From Candidatus Hydrothermarchaeum profundi (lineage in GTDB: Archaea > Hydrothermarchaeota > Hydrothermarchaeia > Hydrothermarchaeales > Hydrothermarchaeaceae), in the NCBI GenBank assembly GCA_002011125.2, contig MTMF02000009.1:1128989-1192988 (forward strand): 64,000 bases of DNA, given 5' to 3'. The notes under the pieces were generated by a model, which saw only the letters and a list, made by a program, of their open reading frames with translations, was not told where the DNA came from and did no database searches. Positions 55,496-64,000 of this stretch are shown here, one piece after another. Made by a program: the position numbers and the translations under genes. The stretch's first letter is position 1. The number at the start of each line of letters is the position of its first letter.

Positions 55496-57124
55496 TTAAT
55501 CTGTGAAGAGCTCTATGATGTTAAATTTTTCCACATCAAATAGTCCTCTATCAGTAATCTTTATTTCCGGAATCACGGTTAAACTCATAAAGGATAAGGT
55601 TATAAACGGCGAACTTAAACTTGATCCGAGTGAATGTGCTAGGCGCTTTAATTCTCTATAAATTTGGGCTGTAGCTCTGTGGTCTCTATTACTCATAAGT
55701 CCTCCTACTGGCAGTGATAAAACCAATTCTTTTTCTTTTGATACCACGCACAGACCTCCTTTAGAGCGAATAACTAAATTAATTGCACGGGAAATATCTT
55801 CGTCAGTGACTCCAACAGCTATTATATTATGGGAATCATGACTTATGCTTGTTGCGATAGCTCCTTCTTTAAGGCCAAAATTTTTAATAAAACCAATTCC
55901 CATGCTCTTTTTCCCGTATCGATTTAAAACTGCTATCTTGAGAATATCTCTTTCAATGTCAGATATCACTAGTCCATTTTTAACCGTAGGAGTTGTGATT
56001 AGTCTGCGTGTTAGTAATTGGCCATTCTGAGCTTCGATTACATTGATTTTGTCTCCTGCATATTCTAATCGAAGATTTGTAGTTTCTACTTTTTCAGCTT
56101 TGAAGTTGTTTATAGTCTGACAGAAGCGCCAAGGGATAAGAGTCTTCCCTTTTTTACTTACAATTTCACCGTTAATATAAGTCTCTAATACATTAAATTC
56201 CTCATCTACTACAACAAAATCAGCGCAATCATTTATTTGAAGCAATCCCACATCGAGGTTGTAGTGTTTTATAGGGCATACACTAGCAGAATATAGGACT
56301 TTTAGGGGGTCTATTCCATATTCTATTGCTTTTTTAACCATTTCATTTACATGTCCTTTTATTAAGTCGTCAGGGTGAATATCATCAGTGCAGAACATAC
56401 AACTTTTATAGTATTTATCGACCAACGATATCAGTTCATCTAGATTTCGTGAAGCAGAGCCCTCTCTTATCTGAATTTTTACTCCAAGCTTTATTTTCTC
56501 TAACGCTTCATCTTTATCTACTACTTCATGATCCGTAGATATCCCCGCGGCTGCGTATTCCCTTAATAGCCTACCCCTTAGTCCTGGAGCATGTCCATCT
56601 ATAGGCTTACTATTTCTTCTTGCAGCATTTATTTTTGCAATAATTTCAGGGTTCCCTTCTAGCACTCCAGGAAAATCCATAACTTCTCCTAGAAATTTTA
56701 TCTCGTCTAATTTGAGAAGGCCATCTACCTCAACACTATTTAGAGTCGCTCCACTACTTTCAAATGGCGATGCAGGGACGCATGATGGTGCACCAAAATA
56801 GAATTTGAAAGGAGTAAGAGAGGCATTTTCAATCATATATCTAACTCCTCTCACCCCAAGGACATTTGCAATCTCATGAGGGTCTGATAATGCAACTATA
56901 GTACCATGGGTCACAGCTAATCTCGCAAACTCTAATGGAAGAAGCATTGAACTCTCTATATGTACATGGGAGTCTACAAACCCGGGTATTATGTAATTTT
57001 TATATGTACCGCTAGTTTCTCGGATGTCTTTTATTTTACCATTCGAGATCTTTATTTTACCCGGATATATCTCTAAGTTTAGAACATCTATAATATTGCC
57101 TGAAATTATCTTAGTGTTCTCCAT
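55496..57124 (-). CDS. ade: Adenine deaminase
   Basis: PGFVDSHVHIESS, DPHEIANVLG, DGHAP, TDHE, REGSA, CTDD, HDSHN, VIPEIKITDRGL. Confidence 0.95.
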   Translation of the reverse strand: MENTKIISGNIIDVLNLEIYPGKIKISNGKIKDIRETSGTYKNYIIPGFVDSHVHIESSMLLPLEFARLAVTHGTIVALSDPHEIANVLGVRGVRYMIENASLTPFKFYFGAPSCVPASPFESSGATLNSVEVDGLLKLDEIKFLGEVMDFPGVLEGNPEIIAKINAARRNSKPIDGHAPGLRGRLLREYAAAGISTDHEVVDKDEALEKIKLGVKIQIREGSASRNLDELISLVDKYYKSCMFCTDDIHPDDLIKGHVNEMVKKAIEYGIDPLKVLYSASVCPIKHYNLDVGLLQINDCADFVVVDEEFNVLETYINGEIVSKKGKTLIPWRFCQTINNFKAEKVETTNLRLEYAGDKINVIEAQNGQLLTRRLITTPTVKNGLVISDIERDILKIAVLNRYGKKSMGIGFIKNFGLKEGAIATSISHDSHNIIAVGVTDEDISRAINLVIRSKGGLCVVSKEKELVLSLPVGGLMSNRDHRATAQIYRELKRLAHSLGSSLSSPFITLSFMSLTVIPEIKITDRGLFDVEKFNIIELFTD

Positions 57125-57141
57125 AATAATAGGAAGGAGTT

Positions 57142-57687
57142 CTAAATTTTATTATATCTAGGTGAAGTGAGATTTAAAGCGGAGATTGTTACACAAAACA
57201 CAGATAACGGAGTAGTTAACAGAAATCCAAAGGTTGTATAGCTTCCAATAGCTCCTAACATCCATACCACAATAGCTAATATTATGGTGAATGACAGATT
57301 AGAGGTCCCTAAGATGTAACTTTTCTTCAGCGAATCTATTGCACTAAGTCGCTCGTTTACGGCAATAGGTATTGCGTATATAAATAGAGCAGCTATTAGT
57401 AATCCGGGCAATATTAGAAAAACAAGCCCTACTGCTATTGCTAGGATTGCAAGGATGCTCATAATCCAGCTTGTTCCAAAGAAGTCAAAACCCCTGAATA
57501 TATGTGCGACCTGTATTTCCTCTCCTCTTATTGCCTTCACTGCCATAATATAGATGCCGAATAGAAGAGGAGGCGCGGTAATTATTAGAAGAGATCCTAT
57601 AGCAAATACCATTGTTGCAAGGATCATAGAGACCCAAGTTCTCTTCAATACTTCAAATGACTCTTTTAAAACGTCTTCTATCTTCAT
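57142..57687 (-). CDS. Hypothetical integral membrane protein
   Basis: 181 aa, mostly hydrophobic, LILPGL and AIDSLKKS. Confidence 0.75.
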   Translation of the reverse strand: MKIEDVLKESFEVLKRTWVSMILATMVFAIGSLLIITAPPLLFGIYIMAVKAIRGEEIQVAHIFRGFDFFGTSWIMSILAILAIAVGLVFLILPGLLIAALFIYAIPIAVNERLSAIDSLKKSYILGTSNLSFTIILAIVVWMLGAIGSYTTFGFLLTTPLSVFCVTISALNLTSPRYNKI

Positions 57688-57722
57688 TTTAGCTTTTATT
57701 TCCGCAATTGGGGTTTTCTATA

Positions 57723-59294
57723 TCAAGAGATATCTGCCTCTATTGTGATAAATACTGGCCCTCTAATATCGATTTTCTTATTTTTGCCTTGTATGTAGCG
57801 GAGTGCCAAGGGATCTAATGATAAATTTATATCGCTTAGGCTTTTTACGATAGGTACGCGAACTTTGACTCCTAAGGTGCCAGATGATAGCCCTTTTTCT
57901 ATTTTATATGCTGCCAAGAGAGCAATTGAGTCAAGGTATCTTATATTGCAGTTAATGCCTTTAGACCTCAGTTCTATTTTTTTCTCTGGGGGGATTCCAT
58001 AAATGTTTCCTTCATTTACATAAATCTCATTCAACGCAGCCGGTCCTAGTAATCTTTTGCCTTCTTCATTTTCAATGATTCTAACTCTAATGTGTTTTCC
58101 ATTTATTTTGCCTGAAAATACTTCAAATTTACAAGGCCCTACCGCATTGCCGTATTTCTCTCCCCCTTCTATAATTCTCCTCGCTATTTCTTTGCCAATC
58201 TCTGTTTTAGGTTGTCTATCGATTTTAATCATAGAGGCAATCTCCTCATCTTTAAGCTTAAGGTCTAAGTAGAATTGTGGATACACCAGCTCTCTGATAT
58301 CCCTATACCCTTCAAGCACCATAGCTAGTCTCTCTACACCTAGACCGAGATTCATGACAGGATATTCGATACCATATTTTGAGAGAGCTACAGGGCTATA
58401 CATACCAAAGGTGGCGACTTCTACCCATCCTGTTCGCTCGTTATATGCATAGACTTCTGTTTGAGTATTCGGAGCATAATATTTTGACCGTTTTTCATCA
58501 AGCTTAAATTTGAGATCAGTAAACTCGAATTGTTTAAGAAGAGCCTCGGCTACGCCCTTACCGTCTTCAACTCCGATATCTTCTCCCATCACCACACATG
58601 ATGCGGAATGATGAGTGCGTAGGTGGGTTTCATCTTCTTTTTGCTCTCTCCTAAAGCATCTATCAACCGAGAACAGTCTTAAAGGCAGAGGTTTTTTGCC
58701 TACCAGTTTACTAAGCGTTAAAAACCAGCCGCTGGTCATATGAGACCTCAATGTTATCCTCGTTGCTTCTGGCTTGAGGTCTTTGAACTCCGAAAATACC
58801 TCGTCTAAAATCCTAGCGGCAGTAGAGTCGCTAACTTTAAGACTCTCTGCTAACCGATAAATTAAGTCATCTCCAGATATCTCTCCCTTTTTGTAATAGT
58901 GCAATATACCCTGCAGTTTATCTCTCTCGACTTTACCTCCCATCTCTTTTATTTTTTCAATCTTTTCCTCGCTTAAGCCAATATCTGGCCGGGGTAGTCC
59001 GCCTATATAATAGCATCTATCAAGGATAGCATTTGCTTCTGGACCGAACTGCCTTTTTATCTCCTTATCTTCTATGAATAGTGGATTGACTACCTCTTCA
59101 AAACCCATCCTAAGATAGGCTTCCCTAAGCTTTTGAATTGTATTGAAAATAGCATGAGATTTCCCGACAGGTTTATCTGCGGCAGAGTATCTTGAAGAGT
59201 CCCCTTTCCCTAAGAGTTTACTAGTTTCGAGCCATGCTTTTTCAAAGTTTTTCTTAGATTCATCAACAATCTTTTTGCTGTGCCATCTCCCCAT
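57723..59294 (-). CDS. sepS: O-phosphoserine--tRNA(Cys) ligase
   Basis: QFGPEANAILDRCYY, LRSHMTSGWF, FSVDRCFRREQ, HHSASC, EVATFG, MNLGLGVERLAM, IDIRGPVF. Confidence 0.97.
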   Translation of the reverse strand: MGRWHSKKIVDESKKNFEKAWLETSKLLGKGDSSRYSAADKPVGKSHAIFNTIQKLREAYLRMGFEEVVNPLFIEDKEIKRQFGPEANAILDRCYYIGGLPRPDIGLSEEKIEKIKEMGGKVERDKLQGILHYYKKGEISGDDLIYRLAESLKVSDSTAARILDEVFSEFKDLKPEATRITLRSHMTSGWFLTLSKLVGKKPLPLRLFSVDRCFRREQKEDETHLRTHHSASCVVMGEDIGVEDGKGVAEALLKQFEFTDLKFKLDEKRSKYYAPNTQTEVYAYNERTGWVEVATFGMYSPVALSKYGIEYPVMNLGLGVERLAMVLEGYRDIRELVYPQFYLDLKLKDEEIASMIKIDRQPKTEIGKEIARRIIEGGEKYGNAVGPCKFEVFSGKINGKHIRVRIIENEEGKRLLGPAALNEIYVNEGNIYGIPPEKKIELRSKGINCNIRYLDSIALLAAYKIEKGLSSGTLGVKVRVPIVKSLSDINLSLDPLALRYIQGKNKKIDIRGPVFITIEADIS

Positions 59295-59884
59295 CAGTCA
59301 TTCTCCAGTTCCTTAATTAGCTTTGTCTGTTTTAAAGCTATGGTCACATCTCCGCGTGTCTTTTCGAGGAGAATCCTCATCATATCCTGCTTTCTCCGTA
59401 TGGGTAGGATAGCAGCAGGATAGTCTAGTGCCATAACACCGTGATAAATTTCATCCATTAAGTCTAAGAAGTAATCTATATCCTCAAATCTATCTCGTCG
59501 AATACAATCTAAGATGTAACGTCTAATTTCTCCAATTGAGTCAGCCATACCGAGTACGTAAGCATTTGAAGGTATTCCTAGGTCAGTAGGGCTTGGGACT
59601 TCTTTTTTATTCAAAAAAGAATAGACCAAGATAGCCTCGCTATACTCTTGAAAAGCCTCTTGAAGAAAGCTGAATTCAAAGTCGGTAGGTTGCAGTTTAC
59701 TTACCATGTTTTTTGCTTTACTAATTAACTCATCTGCTTTTTCATAGTTTTCTTTATGGATCTCCCTGATCGCCTTCGTTGAAAGCCTCCGTATTTCTCT
59801 AGCTTCTTTAAACACGTTTTCTCTCCTTTTGTCTCTAATATCGAGTTCTTCTTTTATTGAACTAATAATACCGTTTAAGTCCAT
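59294..59884 (-). CDS. Translin/TRAX family protein
   Basis: DKRRE..REIRRLS, QEYSEA, YVLGMADSIGEIRR, RRKQD. Confidence 0.88.
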   Translation of the reverse strand: MDLNGIISSIKEELDIRDKRRENVFKEAREIRRLSTKAIREIHKENYEKADELISKAKNMVSKLQPTDFEFSFLQEAFQEYSEAILVYSFLNKKEVPSPTDLGIPSNAYVLGMADSIGEIRRYILDCIRRDRFEDIDYFLDLMDEIYHGVMALDYPAAILPIRRKQDMMRILLEKTRGDVTIALKQTKLIKELEND

Positions 59885-59945
59885 CTCTTACACCTTTTTG
59901 AATTCTCAAAAATAATAATGTTTTGGGCATTAATAAAAATGAGGG

Positions 59946-60350
59946 CTACCTAATTATCTTTCCGATGTACATCTCTTTCGTTATATTCACCGGCTCTACG
60001 TGAGGTATGGCGTCTCCTTTTACAACCAAAGAGCCATCTTCATTGATGGCCACAATTCTCCTTACCAGTAACAGTCCCCTGCCTCCCGAGAAAAGAATTA
60101 CATCTCCAACCTCTAAACTTTCAAATGGCACCTCTTTATAAGTCCACGTAGAATCTTGCATCATAGTGGGCTCCATGCCTTGGTCCACTATTCTTACAAT
60201 CTTTTCGTCACCTTTTATTACATGCAGAAGCCTCAAGATATTAAGGCCCTCACTTTCAGTTGTGATAGCATTTACCACTAAAGCGCTAACAATTAATACG
60301 CCTGCCGCAAGAAATATTGGCTTCTTACTCATTTTTTCACCTTTTTCCAT
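59946..60350 (-). CDS. Signal peptidase I (Sec11/S26)-like protein, catalytic residues substituted
   Basis: TM segment, then QGMEPTM, LEVGDVILF, LVRRIV, VKGDA, IGKII. Confidence 0.7.
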   Translation of the reverse strand: MEKGEKMSKKPIFLAAGVLIVSALVVNAITTESEGLNILRLLHVIKGDEKIVRIVDQGMEPTMMQDSTWTYKEVPFESLEVGDVILFSGGRGLLLVRRIVAINEDGSLVVKGDAIPHVEPVNITKEMYIGKIIR

Positions 60351-60359
60351 AACCCTATA

Positions 60360-61163
60360 TTACCGTGATAAAAGAAGATTATTTCTTCTAATACTTTTCT
60401 GTTTACTTATCCATCCGAGGAATTCGTCTAAGAATTCAAGATTTTCTGGAGAATTAGCTGCATTTATATGGATTGAAAGCCTAAAAATTCCTCTAGTTTT
60501 TTGGTAATCTATTTTCGCCTTTTTTATTCCCCCCATATTTGAATTGTACCATGTATATTCGTGGGTTTGGTAGGGAAGAGTACCGTTTGGTAAATCAATG
60601 AAAAAAGCATAATACACGAAATCGAACTCTTCTCTTAAGAGCGTAGATACTTCAGGGCTAGTATACCATCCTGGAGGGGCAAAATATCTTGGCTCTTTTA
60701 GACCTGAAGTATTAAACTCTTTTTTTGCCCTCTCCACCAGCAATTGAGCACTTTTAGAGCTTGTAAAAAACTCTGGGTTAGCAAAGGATATTTTATGCGT
60801 ATACCCATGGGCACCTATAATAAATCCCTTATTTGAGAGTTCCTGTAACGTTAAAGTAAAATCTTTATAATCACTTAATAGGGCGTTCCCCCCATGATTA
60901 GGGATTACAAAGAGCACCACCTTATCGACAGAATTAGAATGCTCCTCTATTATACTTGTTATCTCCATAAGCTTATCAACTCCATAACAAGGGGAGACAT
61001 CATGGATCTCAATCCATAGTTGCGGAGGAGAATCCTCAAATTCTATCCTGCTGAGACCATGAATAAGCGTATGGGCAAATACACTAAATTCATCAACAAA
61101 TACTATTGCTAAGAAACCTATCACTATTCCTAGGAGTACTAATGTAGTTTTTTTCGTAGCCAT
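60360..61163 (-). CDS. Membrane-anchored polysaccharide deacetylase-like (DUF2334) protein
   Basis: EIHDVSP, LFVIP, GAHGYTH, FAPPGW, RLSIH. Confidence 0.8.
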   Translation of the reverse strand: MATKKTTLVLLGIVIGFLAIVFVDEFSVFAHTLIHGLSRIEFEDSPPQLWIEIHDVSPCYGVDKLMEITSIIEEHSNSVDKVVLFVIPNHGGNALLSDYKDFTLTLQELSNKGFIIGAHGYTHKISFANPEFFTSSKSAQLLVERAKKEFNTSGLKEPRYFAPPGWYTSPEVSTLLREEFDFVYYAFFIDLPNGTLPYQTHEYTWYNSNMGGIKKAKIDYQKTRGIFRLSIHINAANSPENLEFLDEFLGWISKQKSIRRNNLLLSR

Positions 61164-61246
61164 CGCTCAGACCTTCAATGAAACAACATATCTAGAGAGG
61201 CGGCAGTTACATCTCCTTAGCAATATACCCTGAATATCCAGTAAAA

Positions 61247-62143
61247 TTATTTTGTAAGCAAAAAAACTTTACTTGCTCTTGAGAAATTCTTTATCTCATA
61301 TCCAGTAGCTTCACTTAAAGCTTTGGAAAAAGCCTCAACTTCTTCAAAGGAGGGCATGTCTTCTCTTTTAAGCCTTTTACGAGAGTATCCCACATGAACG
61401 TACCCCTTAGGTTCAATAAAATCTGGGTCTGCCCTAGAGATTAAATCAGCAAATTTCTCAGGATGCTCTAGATTGTATCCCCTTACTAATGTAATCCTCA
61501 CGACTTTCCTGATTTTTCTTCCACCAATAATATCGATGCTTTCATTAAGCTTTTCCCACCCGTCTGGTAATTGTGGGTTATTGATTTTCTTATATAATTC
61601 CTTATCATATGCTATAAGTGAGAGGTAAAGCTGAGTAGGCGCTACCTTGTACAGAGCCTCAGGGTTTTGTCCATTGGTAACCAAGTAGGTAGTAAAGTTC
61701 CTCCTATGGAATTCATCTATTAGCTCGTCTATATAGGGATAAGTAGTTGGCTCTCCTGCAAGGGAAATTGCAGCATGCCTAGGATTGTATGCTTCTTTCA
61801 CTTCTTCTCTTAAAACTCTCTTTTCTCCCCAGTACCCGCTAAGAAGCTTCCTTTGATTTTCAATGGACTTCTCTACTATATATGAAGGTTCATCAGCTGG
61901 AAAATCAAATTTTGTTCCAAGGGTATGTTCTATCGGGCGCCAGCAGAAAATACACCTATGCTGGCACCATGAGACACTAGGTGTCATTTGAAGGCATCTG
62001 TGACTCTCAATTCCATAGAATTTAGATTTGTAGCATGATCTTTTTCTAAGCAGTCTCTCTCTAGTCCAGTGGCAAACTTTAACAGCGGAATGTTTTCCTA
62101 CCATCCTATATCCTTGCTTTTCAAGAAGACTAGTTACTTTCAT
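61247..62143 (-). CDS. taw1: 4-demethylwyosine synthase (radical SAM)
   Basis: HSAVKVCHW, CYKSKFYGIESHRCLQMTP, CQHRCIFCWR, AISLAGEPT, EPKGY. Confidence 0.96.
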   Translation of the reverse strand: MKVTSLLEKQGYRMVGKHSAVKVCHWTRERLLRKRSCYKSKFYGIESHRCLQMTPSVSWCQHRCIFCWRPIEHTLGTKFDFPADEPSYIVEKSIENQRKLLSGYWGEKRVLREEVKEAYNPRHAAISLAGEPTTYPYIDELIDEFHRRNFTTYLVTNGQNPEALYKVAPTQLYLSLIAYDKELYKKINNPQLPDGWEKLNESIDIIGGRKIRKVVRITLVRGYNLEHPEKFADLISRADPDFIEPKGYVHVGYSRKRLKREDMPSFEEVEAFSKALSEATGYEIKNFSRASKVFLLTK

Positions 62144-62248
62144 CTTTTCACTCAGAGGAGGTCCCTTTCTTTTAGAGGGGCAGTTTACTTCATCATTTTA
62201 AAATTCACATCAATAAGCTTTGCTTCCAGGTCTAAGAAACATCGTGTT

Positions 62249-62671
62249 TTATTGGCCTCCCGCTGCGTTTAGGAATTCCCAAGCTTTTTTAAGAGTTTCT
62301 TTAGCATTTTTATAGGTCAATTTCTTTATTGCGTCCTGATAATTAAGCCATACGTAATCCCTGTGCTCGTATGAGAGGCTCACAGTATCCGTTGTTGTTT
62401 CAGCTAGGTAGAAGGTTACTTCTTTGTAGATGGTTTTTCCTTCTCTTTTGTAGAAGTAGCTTATCTTATTTTCAAACCCTTCTATAATTTTTATATTCTT
62501 TAAACTGGTCTCTTCTCTTATCTCCCTAATCGCAGTTTCTCTTTTATCTTCTCCTTTTTCAACGTTACCTTTGGGGAAATCCCAGTGGCCTGACTCATAA
62601 TTTAATAAGAGAAACTTTATATCTTTATTTCTCTTAAAAACCACAGCCCCAGCTGATATCTCTCTCGCCAT
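62249..62671 (-). CDS. Nudix hydrolase (Ap4A hydrolase-like)
   Basis: SAGAVV, HWDFPKG, Nudix box GNVEKGEDKRETAIREIREET, LSYEH. Confidence 0.9.
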   Translation of the reverse strand: MAREISAGAVVFKRNKDIKFLLLNYESGHWDFPKGNVEKGEDKRETAIREIREETSLKNIKIIEGFENKISYFYKREGKTIYKEVTFYLAETTTDTVSLSYEHRDYVWLNYQDAIKKLTYKNAKETLKKAWEFLNAAGGQ

Positions 62672-62688
62672 ATAACTATCGGTACAAT

Positions 62689-63672
62689 TTAACTTTTAGT
62701 TCCATTTTTTAATAACATGCTAACCTGCCTTATGCACTCCTCTAATATTTCTTCTACGCTACCAGCACCCTTAGCTCCAGCTGCACCGGGATGTCCTCCT
62801 CCTCCCCCTCCGATTGATGTTCCTATCCCCTGCATTAAATCGCTTCCAAGGTGTATTCCCGTAGACCTTTGGAAATCGGGTGAAGCTCTCACCGATAAAG
62901 TTATTTTTCCATTATTTTCAGAACCTACAAAGGCACAATCCGCACCTAGTTTAACTAAAGCACTCGCGGAACTAGCTTCGAAAGATCCTACATGGGAGGC
63001 TACTATTATCCATCCATCCATTTTAATTATCTTCATTCTCTGTGCTGCTTTTAACTGTGCGATTTTCTGGGATTTATCTTTAGGAGTTTCCAAAAGCTCC
63101 ACGGCACTTGCGAAGTCTATCCCAGAATCTAATATACTTGCAATCGTCTTAAGAGTATCTGAGGTAGCATATCTAAGATGCCCGGTATCGCTTATTATGC
63201 CTAGGAGGAGAGCTAGTCCAATTTTTTTACCTACTGGAACCTCCATTTCCAGTATTAGTTTATATACCACTTCTGCTACAGAGGAGAATTCTTCAACTAT
63301 ATAAAAGTCCGCGATTCCCCTTGTTTCTTCATGAGGGCTATGATGATCTATTACGGCTATTTTGGATGCTTTTTTAATATTTTCAGATATGGGGGATAAC
63401 TGCCTCAAAGTTGAAGTATCCAGCAGGATTACCAGATCCGTATCAAGATTAGGATTAACAATGAAATTATCCCCTAATTCTTCGGCTATCCTCTTAGATA
63501 CTTTTGAGGTTCCATTAGCAACGCCAATATCGACGGTCGCCCTAGAGTTATATGTAGTTATAGCTTCTTTTAAGGCTATGGAACTTGCGATTGCATCAAC
63601 ATCGGCATTTTGATGAGATAGAATAACTACTTTCCCAGACAGCTTTTTAAGGTAATTTAGAAAGTCTTTCAC
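62689..63672 (-). CDS. DHH/DHHA1 family phosphoesterase
   Basis: HQNADVDA, LLDT, IDHH, GIISDTG, GGGHPGAAG. Confidence 0.92.
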   Translation of the reverse strand: MKDFLNYLKKLSGKVVILSHQNADVDAIASSIALKEAITTYNSRATVDIGVANGTSKVSKRIAEELGDNFIVNPNLDTDLVILLDTSTLRQLSPISENIKKASKIAVIDHHSPHEETRGIADFYIVEEFSSVAEVVYKLILEMEVPVGKKIGLALLLGIISDTGHLRYATSDTLKTIASILDSGIDFASAVELLETPKDKSQKIAQLKAAQRMKIIKMDGWIIVASHVGSFEASSASALVKLGADCAFVGSENNGKITLSVRASPDFQRSTGIHLGSDLMQGIGTSIGGGGGGHPGAAGAKGAGSVEEILEECIRQVSMLLKNGTKS

Positions 63673-64000
63673 TACCCCGCCCTCTGCTGGTAACCTTTAA
63701 GAGTTTCTTGAATCTTAGCTTGCATTTCTTTTAAGCGTGTCTGGAGCTTCTCTTCTTGTTTTTTAAGGGTTTTCACTCTCAACGCTAACGTTTCTTTCTT
63801 ATCCGAAAGTTCTTCCTGTATCTTGTTCTTATCCCCTTTAACTAGAAGAGCTCCAATACTCTTATAAACTTCTGCTTCGTCTTCAAGCTTTCCAAGTTCT
63901 TCTAGAGCTCTCTCAACTTCTTTCATTTGCAGTTCAAGTTGAACCCTCTGATTCGTCGTCGTTTGAAGTTGTTGTTGTAGACCTTGAAACTGTGCTAACT
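63672..64000 (-). CDS. pfdB: Prefoldin subunit beta (5' end outside the window)
   Basis: Frame open to the window edge (LAQFQGLQQQLQ...); ALEEL..EVYKSIGALLV. Confidence 0.93.
   Translation of the reverse strand, partial: LAQFQGLQQQLQTTTNQRVQLELQMKEVERALEELGKLEDEAEVYKSIGALLVKGDKNKIQEELSDKKETLALRVKTLKKQEEKLQTRLKEMQAKIQETLKGYQQRAG

Noticed and set aside
456-63613. Numerous 60-195 aa ORFs antisense to or nested in confident genes (e.g. 456-662, 36496-36831, 40439-40816, 52477-52908, 62717-63304)
   Set aside because: They are shadow frames of well-supported genes, typically S/L/F-rich, with no motifs or independent start signals.
1-64000. CRISPR array, IS transposase or prophage genes
   Set aside because: I saw no regularly spaced repeats and no transposase or virion-like ORFs by eye.

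Overview
Gene-dense, AT-rich euryarchaeal chromosome segment. Archaeal markers include eIF2-alpha/Nop10/S27e/L44e, geranylgeranyl reductase, TiaS, Taw1, SepS, HARP, PINA, SRP RNA, prefoldin and a CGP-CTERM motif; a Methanomada/Thermococci-related lineage such as Hydrothermarchaeota is plausible but only inferred. Housekeeping blocks (cheR; queC-DUF366-queE-queD; ggr-ferredoxin-endoQ; translation operon; hisS-hisI-PINA; tiaS; dinB; SRP RNA-tRNA-Ser; ade; sepS; taw1; pfdB) flank an ~18-kb accessory cluster (17.7-35.4 kb) that I cannot match to a described pathway. It encodes three radical SAM enzymes (one B12-dependent and next to a PqqD/RRE protein), a corrinoid protein between two paralogous MtaA/UroD-type methyltransferases, two FmdE-like proteins, an HgdB-like dehydratase subunit, a NitT/TauT-type binding protein and permease, and three single-domain Cdc48-like AAA paralogs with degenerate catalytic motifs and a shared C-terminal C-x-H-x-Y-x-[FY] tail. 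Other highlights: a candidate small RNA (23-bp stem, uninterrupted only on the minus strand) whose loop carries the 16S anti-Shine-Dalgarno sequence; a secreted protein with an internal CGP-CTERM sorting signal followed by a second signal peptide; a 1.9-kb Fic-bearing islet bounded by a 17-bp direct repeat at the tRNA-Ser 3' end; and several catalytically degenerate enzyme homologues. Two genes missing from the ORF track (a ferredoxin and Nop10) were found by hand. All family assignments are by eye from motifs; no database search was run.
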